Of a stretch of DNA of 64,000 nucleotides, positions 16,553 to 24,610 are shown piece by piece. How positions within the stretch are numbered: the stretch's first letter is position 1; each line of letters opens with the position of its first letter. The notes under the pieces were generated by a model. That model made no database searches. It was not told the origin of the DNA and was given only the letters and a program-made list of their open reading frames with translations. Made by a program: the position numbers and the translations under genes. Origin of the DNA: a virus (Duplodnaviria; Caudoviricetes); the IMG/VR virus record IMGVR_UViG_3300024283_000011, positions 5,564-69,563 of that record. One strand, 5' to 3'.

Positions 16553-18877
16553 CTACTCGTCGTAGGGTGTCAGCACGACACGGGTGACTGAACTTTCGAC
16601 GTTGACGTCGGTGCGCGAATCCGCGACGGCGACGGTCGAAGGCGGACCAAAGAGCATCTCGGCCGCCAGCGCCGGCGGGATGAAGAGACCGTTCCAGGCG
16701 ACATAGGCGGCGCCGACGCCGGGCGGGATCGGCCGGTTGGTCGGTTGCGCCGGCTCCCAGCCCGTGACGCCCAACTTGGCGAGCATCGGCCCCCAGTAAT
16801 CGACCCCGACGCCTGGGCGCGGCGTCTTGGTCTGCGGGCCGGGCGGCTCCCATCCGGTCGCGCGCAGCAGCGCCAGCAGGCCCGACCCGTCGAAGTTTGG
16901 GCCCGGGGCGCCGCGCGGGCTGCGGGTGCGGGGGGATTCGGGCTCCCAGCCGGTGGCGGCGAGCAGGCGCTTGACGGCGGGGCTGTCCCAGTTGACGCCT
17001 ACGCCTGGCCGCGGCGTGCGCGGCAGGTACGGCGATGCCGGCTCCCAGCCCGCCTTGAGCGGAGGCGGGCTCATCGGCGCGGCGTCGCCGCCGGCGCCCT
17101 GCGCGCGCGCGAGCCGGCGCGCGAAGGCGGCGGCGCTCTCCCAACCCACCACGCCGAGGACGCTCAGGATCGGGATCGTGGCGTCGTGGTTGACGCCAAT
17201 CCCCGGGCGCGGCGATCGCGTGACCGGCGCGGGTGGCTCCCAGCCGCCGGCGCGCAGCGGGAATGCCACCAGCGGGCCATCAAACGACGGTGCCAGCTTG
17301 CCGCGGGGGCTGATGGTCAGCGACCCCGGGGGTTCCCATCCGGTCTTGCCCAGCACCACGACGAAGCCCGACAGGGGGCCGAAGTCGACGCCGACCTTGC
17401 CGCGCGGACTGACCGTCCAGGGCGCCAGCGGCTCGAAGCCCGTGGTCCGCAGCGGGAAGGCGACCGTCGGGCCGTCCCAGCTGGGCGCGAGCCGCCCGCG
17501 GGGCGACACGGTCACGGGGCCCGGCGGCTCCCAGCCGGTGGCCAGCAGCGCGCCGGTGAACGGCGCCAGCGGCAGCGGCGCGGGGATGATGGGCGAGTGC
17601 GGCTGCGCGGCCCAGGGCGCGAGTGGCTCCCAACCACCGGGAAGCAGGAACGCCAGCAGGGGGCCGTCGAAGTTGATGCCCGTCTTGCCGCGCGGGCTCT
17701 GCGGCGTCGGCTGCGCCGGCTCCCAGCCGGTCCGGGCCAGGAAGGCGAGCCACGGCCCCAGCGCGTCGACCGCGCCGCGGCCCCTGGGCGAGACGGTGAC
17801 CGCCGGCGGCGGCTCCCAGCCGCTCGGCTTCAGCTGCGGCGGGACGCCGTCCCCGTCCGCGTTGAAGCCCTGGCCGGGGGGCTTGTCGACTGGGACGGGG
17901 GCGGTCGGCTCCCAACCGGTCTTGGCGAGCTGCGCGGGTCCGCCACCGACATCAGCGTTGGAGCCTTGGCCGGCGGGGCGGTCGAACGGCAGCGGCGCGG
18001 CCGGTTCCCAGCCTGTCGACCCCAGCGTGGGCGCGCTGAACGCCGGCTGCGGCGCCTCCATCGAGACGAACGGCCGCCGCGGGGCCGTGCCGGTCTCAGG
18101 CGCGCGAGGCTCCCACCCGCTGAGCAGGAGCGTGATCGTGACGCCGGTGGCCTCCCGCCGGCGTGTCCTGCCCGATCCTCGGTTCGGGCTCTGCTGCGTC
18201 CAGAATTGCCCGAGGTGCGGGCGGAGGATCGGGCACGGCTCCTTGACGGTGATGGTTCCGGTGTTGGTGCCGAGGCCGCTGACGATGTCGACGCCGTTGA
18301 TGCTGTCGAGCTTGTCCAGGAGGATTGCGTCGTTGCGGCGGATCTTCGTGAAGTCGTAGCCGCGGGACAGCGCGTCCACTTCGGCGGCCGACAGCGCCGT
18401 CCGCCACCAGCCGAATTGCTCGATGTACGCGTCGGTCGTGCCTATCGTGCCGTCGGTCCGCATCCACAGGCGGACGTTGTTGGTAGATGACTGCGTGAAC
18501 GTCCCGGCCGGCGTGCTCGTATTGCGGAGCCGGCCGTTGACGTAGACCTTCAGGTTCGTCCCGTCCCATGTCTGGCAGACGTGCTGCCAGTTGTTATTGG
18601 TGAAGGTCAGCGTGTCGGCGACGGTCTGGCTGCCGCTCGCGGTGATGATCTGGGCGCGGGTGAGGTTGAAGCTTGCGCTTGACGGCGTTCCGAGCGTGAA
18701 CTCCCCGGCGACCAGGCCGGCGCCGCGCGCGACATAGCCCCATTGCGCGACGGGCGTGATGTTCGGGTGAACCCAGCAGGCCAGCGTGTGGCCGGTCTGG
18801 TTCTCCGTCTGGTTGAAGAGAGCGCCGTTCGCGTACTCGCGAAAGTTGCTCGTGCTGGCGGCGTTGTAGAGCGCCAT
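16553..18877 (-). CDS. LamG/concanavalin-like domain plus 15 Pro-rich GWEP repeats
   Basis: LamG signature TLACWV...WQHVCQTWDGTNLKVYVNG...WWRTALSAAEV; repeats counted in the translation. Confidence 0.75.
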   Translation of the reverse strand: MALYNAASTSNFREYANGALFNQTENQTGHTLACWVHPNITPVAQWGYVARGAGLVAGEFTLGTPSSASFNLTRAQIITASGSQTVADTLTFTNNNWQHVCQTWDGTNLKVYVNGRLRNTSTPAGTFTQSSTNNVRLWMRTDGTIGTTDAYIEQFGWWRTALSAAEVDALSRGYDFTKIRRNDAILLDKLDSINGVDIVSGLGTNTGTITVKEPCPILRPHLGQFWTQQSPNRGSGRTRRREATGVTITLLLSGWEPRAPETGTAPRRPFVSMEAPQPAFSAPTLGSTGWEPAAPLPFDRPAGQGSNADVGGGPAQLAKTGWEPTAPVPVDKPPGQGFNADGDGVPPQLKPSGWEPPPAVTVSPRGRGAVDALGPWLAFLARTGWEPAQPTPQSPRGKTGINFDGPLLAFLLPGGWEPLAPWAAQPHSPIIPAPLPLAPFTGALLATGWEPPGPVTVSPRGRLAPSWDGPTVAFPLRTTGFEPLAPWTVSPRGKVGVDFGPLSGFVVVLGKTGWEPPGSLTISPRGKLAPSFDGPLVAFPLRAGGWEPPAPVTRSPRPGIGVNHDATIPILSVLGVVGWESAAAFARRLARAQGAGGDAAPMSPPPLKAGWEPASPYLPRTPRPGVGVNWDSPAVKRLLAATGWEPESPRTRSPRGAPGPNFDGSGLLALLRATGWEPPGPQTKTPRPGVGVDYWGPMLAKLGVTGWEPAQPTNRPIPPGVGAAYVAWNGLFIPPALAAEMLFGPPSTVAVADSRTDVNVESSVTRVVLTPYDE

Positions 18878-18889
18878 CGCTCTGCCGCC

Positions 18890-19381
18890 CTACTGCGCTT
18901 CCGGGTTGTTTCCTACCCAGCGGAGCCAGTGGTTCGAGCCGGTGGAGTCGAGCGCGACGCCGGTGTCGTGATAGATCATCGCGCCGAACTCGGGGCCGGG
19001 ATTCGCGAAGAAGTCCTCGCAGAAGAGGCTGTCGCCCGTGGCGGCCGACGCCGAGCTGCGCGCCAGGCAGACGAAGGGCGCGTTCAGCCTGGTCAGCGCG
19101 GCGTCGCTGGCGCCGGCGTTGTCCGATCGATGCGGCGTCGCGTTCTTGTCGCCCCGGATCGCGTAGACGTAGACAGCCTTGTTCGACGTCGGCGACGTGC
19201 CGAGCTTGAACTTGCCGAAGATGTGGACCAGGCCGAAGCGGTTCGACGAGTTGTCGACCATCGTCGTCTGGCGGCCGACGAACGTTGTCGACGAGGCGAG
19301 CGACGCGATCGTGATCGTGAACGCGGCCGACGATGTGCCGCCCGAGCCGTCGCTGAATTTGTCTTTGATCTCCGACGCCAT
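18890..19381 (-). CDS. Hypothetical beta-rich structural protein
   Basis: 163 aa, translationally coupled within the accessory cluster. Confidence 0.55.
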   Translation of the reverse strand: MASEIKDKFSDGSGGTSSAAFTITIASLASSTTFVGRQTTMVDNSSNRFGLVHIFGKFKLGTSPTSNKAVYVYAIRGDKNATPHRSDNAGASDAALTRLNAPFVCLARSSASAATGDSLFCEDFFANPGPEFGAMIYHDTGVALDSTGSNHWLRWVGNNPEAQ

Positions 19382-19818
19382 CAGCTTGGCACTCCGGTGG
19401 CTCGCCCCATCTCATACGTGTCGACGAAGGCACCCGACCCGAACAGGATTTCGGCCCGACTGGCCGAACGATCGACGGCGGCCAGGAGATTGGTCCGCGA
19501 GGTCGTGCCGACGCCGAAGATGTTCCCCAGCCCGGTGCGCACGTTCGTATTGCCCGAGTCCAGCATTCCGGCCGAGACGTAGACCAGAAGCTCCTGCAGC
19601 TTCGTCGACGTCAGCGCGGCCATTTCTGTCTCGACGATCTGGCTCATGATGAACTGCGCCGAGACGATGCCCTGGTTGATCTTCTCGCCCGATCCGCCGA
19701 CGGCATTGATCAGTGCGCAGCGCTGGGCGACGGTCTTGCCGGCGTAGCCGAGCACCTTGGGATCGTTCGTGATCTCCGTCCCGAGCGCGGTGATCTGGGC
19801 TGGAGTCAGATTGGCCAT
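19381..19818 (-). CDS. Hypothetical protein
   Basis: 145 aa, good codon bias, 1-nt overlap with the next gene. Confidence 0.6.
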   Translation of the reverse strand: MANLTPAQITALGTEITNDPKVLGYAGKTVAQRCALINAVGGSGEKINQGIVSAQFIMSQIVETEMAALTSTKLQELLVYVSAGMLDSGNTNVRTGLGNIFGVGTTSRTNLLAAVDRSASRAEILFGSGAFVDTYEMGRATGVPS

Positions 19819-19819
19819 G

Positions 19820-20242
19820 TCAGCTCGCGATCAGCCCGATCTTGGCGAGCATGACCTTGCCCTCGGTCATCAGTTCCTTGGCCACCGCGATCGCCTTCGG
19901 GGCCGACACCGGGATGTCCTTTGAGTCGGGGTGCGGCCTCCAGTCGACGGTGAGCACGTCGCCCGCCTTCTGGACGATGGCGCGGACCGCGCTGGGCTCG
20001 CCGATGGCGGCGAACAGGGCGCGCATCGTCTCGATGATCTCTTCGTGGGCGGCGCCCTGCCGCGCGTGGTGGTTGACGACGGTGTGGTCGATCTCACGCC
20101 AGCAGCTTTTGGCCGGGTCGGAGTTCGTCTCCCAGCGCGCCAGCGTGATCTTGACCATCAGATCGGGCGGGGCGCCGGCGGTCGCGTCGGGGTGCGGGAT
20201 CATCTCGCCCCTGACCTCGACCATGTGCTGCGGTTGATCCAT
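19820..20242 (-). CDS. Hypothetical protein
   Basis: 140 aa from ATG 20242 (TGATG overlap with the upstream gene). Confidence 0.55.
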   Translation of the reverse strand: MDQPQHMVEVRGEMIPHPDATAGAPPDLMVKITLARWETNSDPAKSCWREIDHTVVNHHARQGAAHEEIIETMRALFAAIGEPSAVRAIVQKAGDVLTVDWRPHPDSKDIPVSAPKAIAVAKELMTEGKVMLAKIGLIAS

Positions 20243-20505
20243 CAAATCCCCATCGCCTTCAGGAGCCGCCCGCGCGCCTCCATGGCCTCAAGCTTTTTCT
20301 CGAACGGCACGCACCGGTTTTTCCTCGCGCAGGGCAGGCACTCGCGCGCGCTGCACCTGGCGCAGAAGCCGACCTCGGTGGCGGTCGGCGGCGGGACGTT
20401 GCAGATGCTGTTGCAGTGGCAGCAGGTGAACGTCTCGATCTCTCGCCGGCCCTCGGGCCCGAAGGACTCGATGAATCCTTGGGCCCGTGTGCGCTGGCGC
20501 GGCAT
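20242..20505 (-). CDS. Cys-rich zinc-finger-like protein
   Basis: TCCHC, FCARC, C..CA and C.PFE: about nine Cys in 87 aa. Confidence 0.6.
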   Translation of the reverse strand: MPRQRTRAQGFIESFGPEGRREIETFTCCHCNSICNVPPPTATEVGFCARCSARECLPCARKNRCVPFEKKLEAMEARGRLLKAMGI

Positions 20506-20510
20506 GCGCC

Positions 20511-20957
20511 TTACTGCAGGACGCTCGCGTCGACCAGAACGGTGACCGCGCCGCCCAGGGCGTTCAGCAGGAAGCCGATGCCGTTCGCGGCGGTCGCCGG
20601 CAGGATGACCTCGGCGCGCTGGTCGTAGGCGACCCAGCGGAACGTCGCGCGCGGGTTGCAGGCCCAGTCGCGGATCAGGGTGTTGGCCGTGTAGGTCGGC
20701 TCAGCCGACGCGTTCGAGCCGGCGGTGAAGGTCGACGCGGGATCGTTCGGGTCGGTCGACGCCGGGGTGACGGCGGTCGTGGTGCCGGCCGCGGTGAACC
20801 GCTTCATATGGACCTCGTAGGAGGCGTCCGAGCCCGGCGTGCCGATCTGCTGCAGCGTCACGTCGATGATGCGCGGGCGGATCGCGGCGGTCGAAACGAC
20901 GGTCAGTGCCGTCTTCGCGGCGGCGGTCTGGGATCCCTGGCACGAGTAGACGCTCAT
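20511..20957 (-). CDS. Hypothetical Ala/Thr-rich structural protein
   Basis: 148 aa from ATG 20957, with an AGGAGA ribosome-binding site. Confidence 0.65.
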   Translation of the reverse strand: MSVYSCQGSQTAAAKTALTVVSTAAIRPRIIDVTLQQIGTPGSDASYEVHMKRFTAAGTTTAVTPASTDPNDPASTFTAGSNASAEPTYTANTLIRDWACNPRATFRWVAYDQRAEVILPATAANGIGFLLNALGGAVTVLVDASVLQ

Positions 20958-21160
20958 GATTCTTTCTCCTGGTTGACGAGTACGAGGGCCACAGAGCCCG
21001 GGACCAACTTCGGTGCGCACTTGCCGCAGGCGTGGGCCTGTAGGAGCAGAAGCGCGCCGCCCCGGAACGTGTGGGCGGTGACTTGCTCCCAGCGGGCCAG
21101 CGCGGCGGCACTCAGATCCGCCGGGTCGACCTCGGTCTTGCAAAAGCTGCACGTCATCAT
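20954..21160 (-). CDS. Small CxxC...CxxC protein, first gene of the accessory/late unit
   Basis: CSFC and CGKC pairs; 68 aa. Confidence 0.5.
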   Translation of the reverse strand: MMTCSFCKTEVDPADLSAAALARWEQVTAHTFRGGALLLLQAHACGKCAPKLVPGSVALVLVNQEKES

Positions 21161-21248
21161 GCCCGTCCAGAATCGGGGGCCGGTCGTTCCCTTCAAGTTT
21201 CCCCGCCGCGAATGTTGAAGGCCGCGCCCGCCGCGCCACCATCGCGGC
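21161..21248. promoter_or_regulatory. Back-to-back promoters: TTGAAG-N16-GATTCT (minus) and TTGAAG-N16-CACCAT (plus)
   Basis: Both -10 hexamers lie 6-8 nt before the ATG of the divergent genes. Confidence 0.55.
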
Positions 21249-21572
21249 ATGAAAAAGCTCCGCCTCCTGATCGCCCTGGCCGGCCTGTCGGCCGGGTTCG
21301 CCTGTGCCCACGTCACGCCGGTGATCGTCGACTGCGGCAAGGAAGTCTCGGCCGGGATCCTGCCGGCGGTGGAAACCGCGCTGGTCGCGGCGGACTACGT
21401 CGATGAGCTGGCCAAGCTGGTGGGGCAGTACGGCGAGTGCGTGATCCGCAAGGCGGTCGAGCAGATCACGAGGGAGGCGCGCAACGACCTGGGGTACGCG
21501 GCGACGGACGTGAACGCGCGGCTCAAGTACGAGCACGGGCAGACCTGGCTCGCGGCGCACCCGGCGAACTGA
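21249..21572 (+). CDS. Predicted lipoprotein
   Basis: MKK + hydrophobic stretch + GFAC lipobox-like site. Confidence 0.6.
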   Translation: MKKLRLLIALAGLSAGFACAHVTPVIVDCGKEVSAGILPAVETALVAADYVDELAKLVGQYGECVIRKAVEQITREARNDLGYAATDVNARLKYEHGQTWLAAHPAN

Positions 21573-21574
21573 CC

Positions 21575-22264
21575 GTGGAGATCGCGTGCTTGGAGACGTC
21601 GCGTCTCCTGTCGCCGGCTAACCTCGCGTTCCTGGTCCGCGCCGTCAATGTCCAGATGACCGAGCACTACGGACCGGCGTTCGAAGAAGAGCCCTGGCCG
21701 GTCCGCTCGTACGCCGACCTGAAAACGCTGGAGCCCGGCACCTACTGGCCGATGGCCATCCTTGACGACCTGGGCGGCCCCGCCGGTGCGATCGGCTTTC
21801 ACACGGAGGTCGCCGGCCTGATCTTCGGCCGCGTGCTCGCCAGCGCGGACCCGACCGACGGCACGACGCTCAGCCACGAGTCGCTGGAACTGCGCGGCGA
21901 CCCGACGGTTGACCTCTGGATCCCGATGGGCGACGGGCGATCGGTGGCTTACGAGCTTGCCGACCCCTGTGAAGGCGACCGCTACCAGATCGACGTGACG
22001 ATCGGCGCCGAGACGCGGCGGATCTGGGTCAGCGACTTCGTGTTGCCGTCGTGGTTCGTGCCGGGCGCCGAGGGTCCGTTCAGCTACCTCGACAGCATCG
22101 ACGAGCCCTTCGGTCTCTCGCGCAACGGCGGCGGCTACAGGCTGATCCGCGACGCCAGCGGCAACGTCACCAGCGATTTCGGCCGGCGGTCGCCCGACGC
22201 GGCGAAGATGGCGCGGAAGGTTGCCGACCCGCTCTCTCGAACCGCGCGTCGCGGCCTTCGCTGA
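21575..22264 (+). CDS. Putative zincin-like metalloprotease
   Basis: GFH, LSHESLE (HExxE) and ELADPCE; start set at GTG 21575. Confidence 0.5.
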   Translation: MEIACLETSRLLSPANLAFLVRAVNVQMTEHYGPAFEEEPWPVRSYADLKTLEPGTYWPMAILDDLGGPAGAIGFHTEVAGLIFGRVLASADPTDGTTLSHESLELRGDPTVDLWIPMGDGRSVAYELADPCEGDRYQIDVTIGAETRRIWVSDFVLPSWFVPGAEGPFSYLDSIDEPFGLSRNGGGYRLIRDASGNVTSDFGRRSPDAAKMARKVADPLSRTARRGLR

Positions 22265-22305
22265 CCCGCCGCCCCGCGCATCCCAGGCAGACGACGAGCC
22301 GCAGC

Positions 22306-22488
22306 CTAACGGCGTTCATGGATCGCCGCGCGCGCCACGACGTCGCCGTACTGGACGAAGCAGATCGCGATCATGCCGGCGGCGAACATGATGCGGCCGA
22401 TCTCGGCCAGCTTCGGGTTGCCGGCGGCGAAGTAGATCAGGGCGCCCAGGATGGCGACGATCGCGGGAAGAAGCAGCGTGATGGTCAT
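22306..22488 (-). CDS. Small two-TM membrane protein (holin-like candidate)
   Basis: Two hydrophobic helices and a charged C-terminus; -10-like TAGGTT 6 nt before the ATG. Confidence 0.55.
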   Translation of the reverse strand: MTITLLLPAIVAILGALIYFAAGNPKLAEIGRIMFAAGMIAICFVQYGDVVARAAIHERR

Positions 22489-22515
22489 GGGCCGAACCTA
22501 TGCACGGTCGGCGAT

Positions 22516-22707
22516 CTAGGGTAGGGCCTGTGGCGCCTCCGCCTTCTCCTCCGCCTCACACCACTTCTCGATCGCCGCCTCGGCCGCCTCCCGCTGGAAC
22601 ATCTTCAGCCGCTCGCACTTCACCCTGAACCGCTGCGCCAGGTCCGCCCGCACCCAGAAGGCGAGTTGCAGCCGCTTCGACTCGGTCTCTTCGGGCGGCT
22701 CGCCCAT
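22516..22707 (-). CDS. Ribbon-helix-helix (CopG/ParG-like) DNA-binding protein
   Basis: KRLQLAFWVRADLAQRFRVKC....FQREAAEAAIEKW. Confidence 0.65.
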   Translation of the reverse strand: MGEPPEETESKRLQLAFWVRADLAQRFRVKCERLKMFQREAAEAAIEKWCEAEEKAEAPQALP

Positions 22708-23105
22708 CAGCCGCCGAGTCGCGCCGTTGCCAGGGCCAGCGCGGCGGCGGACAGGCGCCCGATGGCCGGCCCGAGCGCGGCGTCGTTGCGCATGATGACC
22801 GCGGGCACCGCCGGCTCGCCGTAGATGGTCTTGACGCCCGGGACGCCGGGAATGAGGATCACGCGGTAGAGCGCCGGCGCGGCGGGTGTGTCCAGCGCGG
22901 GCGGCAGGCCCACCAGCAGCGCCTCGGCGGCCGATTCGACTTCCCCGCAGAGCTCGATGTTCTTGACGTCGGTCGGCTTGCCGAAGACCCACGCCTCCGA
23001 ATCGACCCGCTCGCCGATGGACCAGACAACGAGGATCGTCTCCTCGGACTGGCGCTCCCAGTCGACGGAGACGGATAGCAGCGCCTCGGCGGTCTCGTCA
23101 GCCAT
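22707..23105 (-). CDS. Hypothetical protein
   Basis: 132 aa coupled ORF. Confidence 0.5.
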   Translation of the reverse strand: MADETAEALLSVSVDWERQSEETILVVWSIGERVDSEAWVFGKPTDVKNIELCGEVESAAEALLVGLPPALDTPAAPALYRVILIPGVPGVKTIYGEPAVPAVIMRNDAALGPAIGRLSAAALALATARLGG

Positions 23106-23304
23106 GGCCGGCAGGATCGCGCGGGCGCGCTGGGCCTCTAGTTTTCAAGTACGGGTCTTGCCAGTTCGCCCACGGCGCCAGGACCACCACGCGCCAGCAC
23201 GGCACGCACAGCCGCGTCGAGGCGTCGATCGTCACCTCCATGCAGCCGCAGGCCGCGCAGAGGGCCGGCGGGGCGGGCGTGCGTTCGAAGACGGGCATCG
23301 TCAT
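23098..23304 (-). CDS. Small zinc-finger-like protein
   Basis: CAACGC...CVPC. Confidence 0.45.
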   Translation of the reverse strand: MTMPVFERTPAPPALCAACGCMEVTIDASTRLCVPCWRVVVLAPWANWQDPYLKTRGPARPRDPAGHG

Positions 23305-23543
23305 TGGCGCCGCTCCGCCAGCCGGATCGCTTCGAGGGCCAGCTTCTCGGCGCGCTCGATCCGCTGCGCCGCCTCGATCAGCCGGTCGTCGAACGAGAGG
23401 ATCAGATCGCGGCAGGTCAGCAGGATGTCGGCCGCCCTTGCCGGATCGTTCACGATGACCGCGACCAGCGCGGCGCGCGCTTCATTGACGGGCGCCGTCG
23501 GCGCGTCCTCGATGATGGTGGGAGTGGAGGGATCGACGGTCAT
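23301..23543 (-). CDS. Hypothetical coiled-coil protein
   Basis: 80 aa from ATG 23543 (ATGA overlap). Confidence 0.55.
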   Translation of the reverse strand: MTVDPSTPTIIEDAPTAPVNEARAALVAVIVNDPARAADILLTCRDLILSFDDRLIEAAQRIERAEKLALEAIRLAERRQ

Positions 23544-24607
23544 GCGGCCCTCCGTGGGATGTAGTCGGGGACGAGGTGCCCATACCCCTTCGCGATCGAG
23601 GCCTGCGTGGCGCCCGTCCATTTCGCGAGAACGTGAATTGGTTCCCCGGCTTTGATGCACCGGCTGATGAACGAGACGGTGGTGGCGTCGTGCCAAGTCA
23701 TGCCGTCGAGCCGAAGGGTCTTTCGTACGGCGTCCCATCGGTACTGGATCCAGCCTTTGTCGTTGATCGGTGCGCCCTCGGCGTCGACAAACAGGCGATC
23801 CTCTCGGCGCGCACCCTCGGCCAGTCGCACCTCGGCTTGTTCGCGAAGGCCTCTCGCGGTCGCCACCGGCACCGGCGGCTCTGGTAGCCGCGCCCGGCGC
23901 ACGATGGTCCGCCCATAACAAAACCGGGGCCGGATGAAACCAGCGCCGAGAAATTCCGTGTCGGCGATCCGGAGTCCTAGGATCTGGCCTGATTCCAGGC
24001 CGGTATCGTAGCCGACCCGAAACATCAGATCGGCGGGCGCCGGTAGTTGTGCCTCAACCGCCATCGCCATTTCCGTGGTTGTGATGATCGGCCGATCTCG
24101 CCTTGGCTGCGGCGCCTTCAGCGACAGTCTGGCCCTGAGTCCGTCGAGCGGATTGGGCTTGTCGAGCGGCAATCGACCGCTCGTCTTCAGCCAGTTGAAG
24201 AAGCGCTGGAGGTCCGTCAGGCAGTGGTGGAGCAGAGGCACGCTCTTCTTTTCTGCGATCCATTCCTCTGCCCACTTCAGAATTTCCTCGGGCGTGAGGG
24301 CCGAAATGGTCCGCTCTCCCCACGCCGGGAGCAGGTGGTTCCGAACCCTGCCGACGCTGCAATCGGCTGCCACGTTCGTGATAGACATCGACCACCGATC
24401 GAGTGCGGCACCGATCGGCGGCGACGTCGGTTCGTCGATACCAAGTCCGATCCGCTCTTCTTTGGCTTCGAGAACGACCGCGATGCGATACGCGTCGGCC
24501 TTGGTTGCTTGCCGCACGCGACGCGACGCCCACTTACCATTGGCCAACTTGATCCGCGCGTACCAGCGCGGCGCCTTCTTTGGTCCCCGGAAAAAGACGC
24601 TAGCCAC
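23540..24607 (-). CDS. Tyrosine recombinase-like protein with degenerate active site
   Basis: Integrase fold order retained. TGLESGQ replaces TG.R..E, WHDATT replaces H..R and TGA replaces LGH; the Tyr is kept (KGYGHL). Confidence 0.75.
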   Translation of the reverse strand: MASVFFRGPKKAPRWYARIKLANGKWASRRVRQATKADAYRIAVVLEAKEERIGLGIDEPTSPPIGAALDRWSMSITNVAADCSVGRVRNHLLPAWGERTISALTPEEILKWAEEWIAEKKSVPLLHHCLTDLQRFFNWLKTSGRLPLDKPNPLDGLRARLSLKAPQPRRDRPIITTTEMAMAVEAQLPAPADLMFRVGYDTGLESGQILGLRIADTEFLGAGFIRPRFCYGRTIVRRARLPEPPVPVATARGLREQAEVRLAEGARREDRLFVDAEGAPINDKGWIQYRWDAVRKTLRLDGMTWHDATTVSFISRCIKAGEPIHVLAKWTGATQASIAKGYGHLVPDYIPRRAA

Positions 24608-24610
24608 GAA

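Noticed and set aside
16600-18130. Recurrent GGCTCCCAGCC-like DNA motif with ~95-bp period as a CRISPR array
   Set aside because: Units are degenerate at third codon positions and encode GWEP in one open frame; no cas operon. The Cas4-like gene at 46248 is a recombination exonuclease by context.
22489-23145. CTAG sites at 22516 and 23138 as further copies of the promoter motif
   Set aside because: They lack the N3-TTGAG element and the spacing to the -10 does not match.
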